In this document: positions 60,991 through 64,000 of the stretch, piece by piece | Layout of the letters: each line of letters starts with the position of its first letter | Numbering within the stretch: position 1 is the first letter of the stretch | Source of the DNA: Squalus acanthias | Lineage: Eukaryota | Direction of reading: 5' to 3' | DNA length: 64,000 nt | Assembly (NCBI GenBank): GCA_030390025.1 | Contig: CM059432.1 | Coordinates: forward strand, 16,928,001 to 16,992,000 | Made by a program: the position numbers and the translations under genes | Notes under the pieces: generated by a model | What the model saw: only the letters and a program-made list of their open reading frames with translations | What the model was told of the DNA's origin: nothing | The model's database searches: none

Positions 60991-62184
60991 TGCCTTGTCA
61001 TTCTGAACCGCACAGAAACAATTTCTGCCTAGTGCAATTCCTAAGCTGGTTAACAGCTTAATTCCTTTTCATCCCCACAATTGAAAATTAATAAGATAAC
61101 TGAAGGGTAGAATCTTCTTTGCAAATTTAAATGAGAAGGGAACGGTGTGTGTGTTTACGTGGGGGGAGGGAGAAAGGTGGAAAGAAGGGTACTTTCAAAA
61201 GAAAATAATTCCTCCTGCTAGATATTCTTGAAAAAAACCAAGATATTTACATTTAAAATTTCCTTTCCCTTCTCCATGGAGACCCATCATTAAGTATATT
61301 TACTGCGCTCAGCATCAGGGTGGAAGCTACTACACTAACACAAGTGATGATACCAATAAACAAATGGTTCCATTCGATGCAGATCGACATCTGGCCTGGC
61401 TCTGGATGCCACCTGGGAAAAAATTCAAACGGAGGGAAATTTAGTACCAGCTTACAACTGAAGTGTACAAGGCTAATACTGATCCCAACTGATACACACA
61501 ATATTGGGGGGAGTGTAACAGGATCCATACATTGTACTTAATCCACGCTGTATGTCAGTTGGGTATTTGATGCTGGCACTGGGGCCAAAAAAAGAAAACT
61601 GCTTTTATTGCTGTCAGACCCAAAGCAGGTTGCTGCTGGGAAAGCTCAGTTAAAAACAAGAGAACAGACTGGGGATTGAATTTGTGACTTTTCTGGTTTG
61701 TGGTGATAAATCTTTCTTGAATTTATGATAGTTATAAGATTGTGCTGGTAAGTAAGTTTGCATAGTTTACTTCAAAAATGAAGTATGTAAAATATAATAT
61801 GCTTACTAGCTGTTTATTCTTTAGTATTTGTCAGTCTGAAGTACTGGGATCTTGGTTTCATGTCACGCTACGTGACGTAGAGTCATCCAGACTCGAGTCG
61901 TCGTTGGCTTGTTCACAGATGTGATTTCCAGTTTTAAAAAAAAGTAAAAAGCTTAACCATACAGACTGCAGCATTTGACACGTTGGCACCCCCTGTGACC
62001 CCACCTCATTGTCTTAGCTGTATTTTGCTGTGTCTTTGATGTAATGCCTTCCTGACTGGCCTGATTGTATCTCTGCCGAGCTGTGATGGAGGGCAGTCAG
62101 AAGGATTTACTGTAGTCGTCTGACATTGTACGCTACACATTGTTCTCTGTCTATATATGCTGTGCCGATTTGTATTTCTTCACT

Positions 62185-62221
62185 TCACCTGACGAAGGAG
62201 CAGCGCTCCGAAAGCTCGTGA
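62185..62221 (+). ncRNA. Minimal type-I hammerhead ribozyme motif (family B)
   Basis: UCAC-CUGACGA-A-GGAGC-AGC-GCUCC-GAAA-GCUC-GUGA, followed by the family-B tail to about 62273. Confidence 0.8.
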
Positions 62222-62969
62222 TTTCAAATAAAACTGTTGGACTATAACCTGGTGTTGTGCGACTTCTCATTTTTGACAAATATGAAATTTCGGATCAAAA
62301 GTTCTTACATATAACAAGGCACGAGGAGCTAAAAAATATTGTTTAGTTCTCCACTTTTCAAGTACAATAGAATATTCTTACAATGTGTGCATGTAGATAA
62401 AAGAGTTACATATAATAGGATGTTCAACGGGCAACTAAACCAATGTTGTCCACCAGAAAATGCTGACGAGCCACAGGTGTGGTTACAGCAACACCGTTTT
62501 AGCCACATGTATTAATTTTAGCAGAAAATGCCTCACATAAACTCACACAATGCAGGTAAATGTACTTCACGTGTATATTTACTTATCAAACATCTACCAC
62601 CATTCACTCACCAAGGAAGCAAAGCACTCACAACGATCAAAAAACACTTGCAAACTCTGCTTTTAATCAAACCATTTTACCAACTAATGTACAAAAAGTT
62701 TAAAGTACACATGTATACACCATGTGAATATGAGTATTGATATCAATCACGTGCCCATGTATGGTATCTATTACTTAATGTTATTTACTAATCAGAAATG
62801 CAATTATCCACATCTGGATTCCCAATTAGCCATATGTGGGTAGTAGCTATTATAGTGGACTACACTATGTGAGGACTGAAACTGTTAATTAATAACTTTC
62901 ATACGTTACATCATTACCAAGTTTACTTACATTAGGATTTGTAGTTAGCTGAACCATTTAATGCCATTT

Positions 62970-63780
62970 AACAACAACAACTTGCATTTATATAGCGCCT
63001 TTAACAGAGTAAAACGTCCCAAGGCGCATCACAAGAGCGTTATCAAACAAAATTTGACACCGAGTCACATAAGGGGATATTAGGGCAAAAAGAGGAAAGT
63101 TTTAAGCAGTGTCTTAAAGGAGGAAAGAGAAGTAGAGGCAGAGGTTTAGGGAGGGAATTCCAGAGCTTGGCAACTGAAGGCATAGCTGCAAATGGTGAAG
63201 CGATTAAAATTGGTGATGCTCAAGAAGCCAGAATTGGAGCGCACATATCTCAAAGGGCTGGAGGGGATTACAGAGATAGGGGGGCAAGGCCATGGCGGGA
63301 TTTGAAAACAAGGGCAAGAATTTTAAAATCGAGGCGTTGCTTAACTGGAAGCCAGTGTAGGTCAGCGAACACAGGGGTGATAGGTGATTGTGTCTTGGTG
63401 CAAGTTAGGGACACAGGCAGCACAGTTTTGGATGAGCTTAAGTTTATGGAGGGTGGAAGATGGGAGGCTGGCCAGTAGTGCATTGTAATAGTCAAGTCTA
63501 GAGGTAACAAAAACACGTATGAGGGTTTCAGCAGCCAATGAGCTGAGGCAGGGGCGATGTTACTGAGGTGGAAATATGAGGTCTTAGTGATGGCATGGAT
63601 ATGTGGTTGGAAGCTCATCTCAGGGTCAAATACGACACCAAGGTTGCGAACAGTCTGGTTCAGCCTCAGGGAGAGAGATAGAGTCGGTGGCTAGGGAACG
63701 GAGTTTGTAACGAGGACCGAAGACAATGGCTTTGGTCTTCCCAATATTTAGTTGGAGGAAATTTCTACTCATCCAGTACT
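62970..63780 (-). mobile_element. L2-type LINE 3' portion
   Basis: WMSRNFLQLNIGKT, ITPVFADLHWLPVKQRLDFKIL and tail GCGCTATATAAATGCAAGTTGTTGTTG. Confidence 0.88.
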
Positions 63781-64000
63781 CCTTACCATCTTCAGCAAAG
63801 CTTAATCTTCTGACATCCGCAAACAATGCACTTTCCAGGAACGGTCACTGGTCAGTGATCAGAAGTGAGCATTGTGGCTGTTTCCCCCCTCCGCCACCAA
63901 CTCACTAGCCCAGGAATGCTGAGACCAATTGGAATAACCATATTCATGCCTCAGCTGAGTTGAGCTAATTCAGCACAGATAGTGTGGTCAAGTCTCATTT

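Noticed and set aside
61253..61541. Overlapping 73-91 aa ORFs with a possible minus-strand acceptor TTTTTTCCCAG
   Set aside because: No recognisable protein similarity and no convincing donor.

Overview
Repeat-rich eukaryotic (vertebrate) DNA. The repeat mix of CR1 and L2 LINEs, Deu-domain and V-domain SINEs, Penelope-like remnants and Harbinger-type MITEs points to a cartilaginous fish such as a shark; this is an inference. The only long intact ORF is a pogo/Tigger DD32D transposase (16719-18491) inside a complete 2545-bp element with perfect 24-bp TIRs and TA target-site duplications, so it may still be active. A CpG-island promoter at about 39.4-39.8 kb appears to start an unidentified minus-strand host gene, with candidate downstream exons at 12891-13043 and 7880-8078. 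A CCAAT cluster at 41.6-41.75 kb may drive a divergent transcript. The most notable non-coding signal is two families of minimal type-I hammerhead ribozyme motifs, carried by Penelope-type ends and by short fold-back insertions with 12-13 bp TSDs. Nothing prokaryote-like (operons, CRISPR, rRNA) is visible. LINE and SINE boundaries are approximate.
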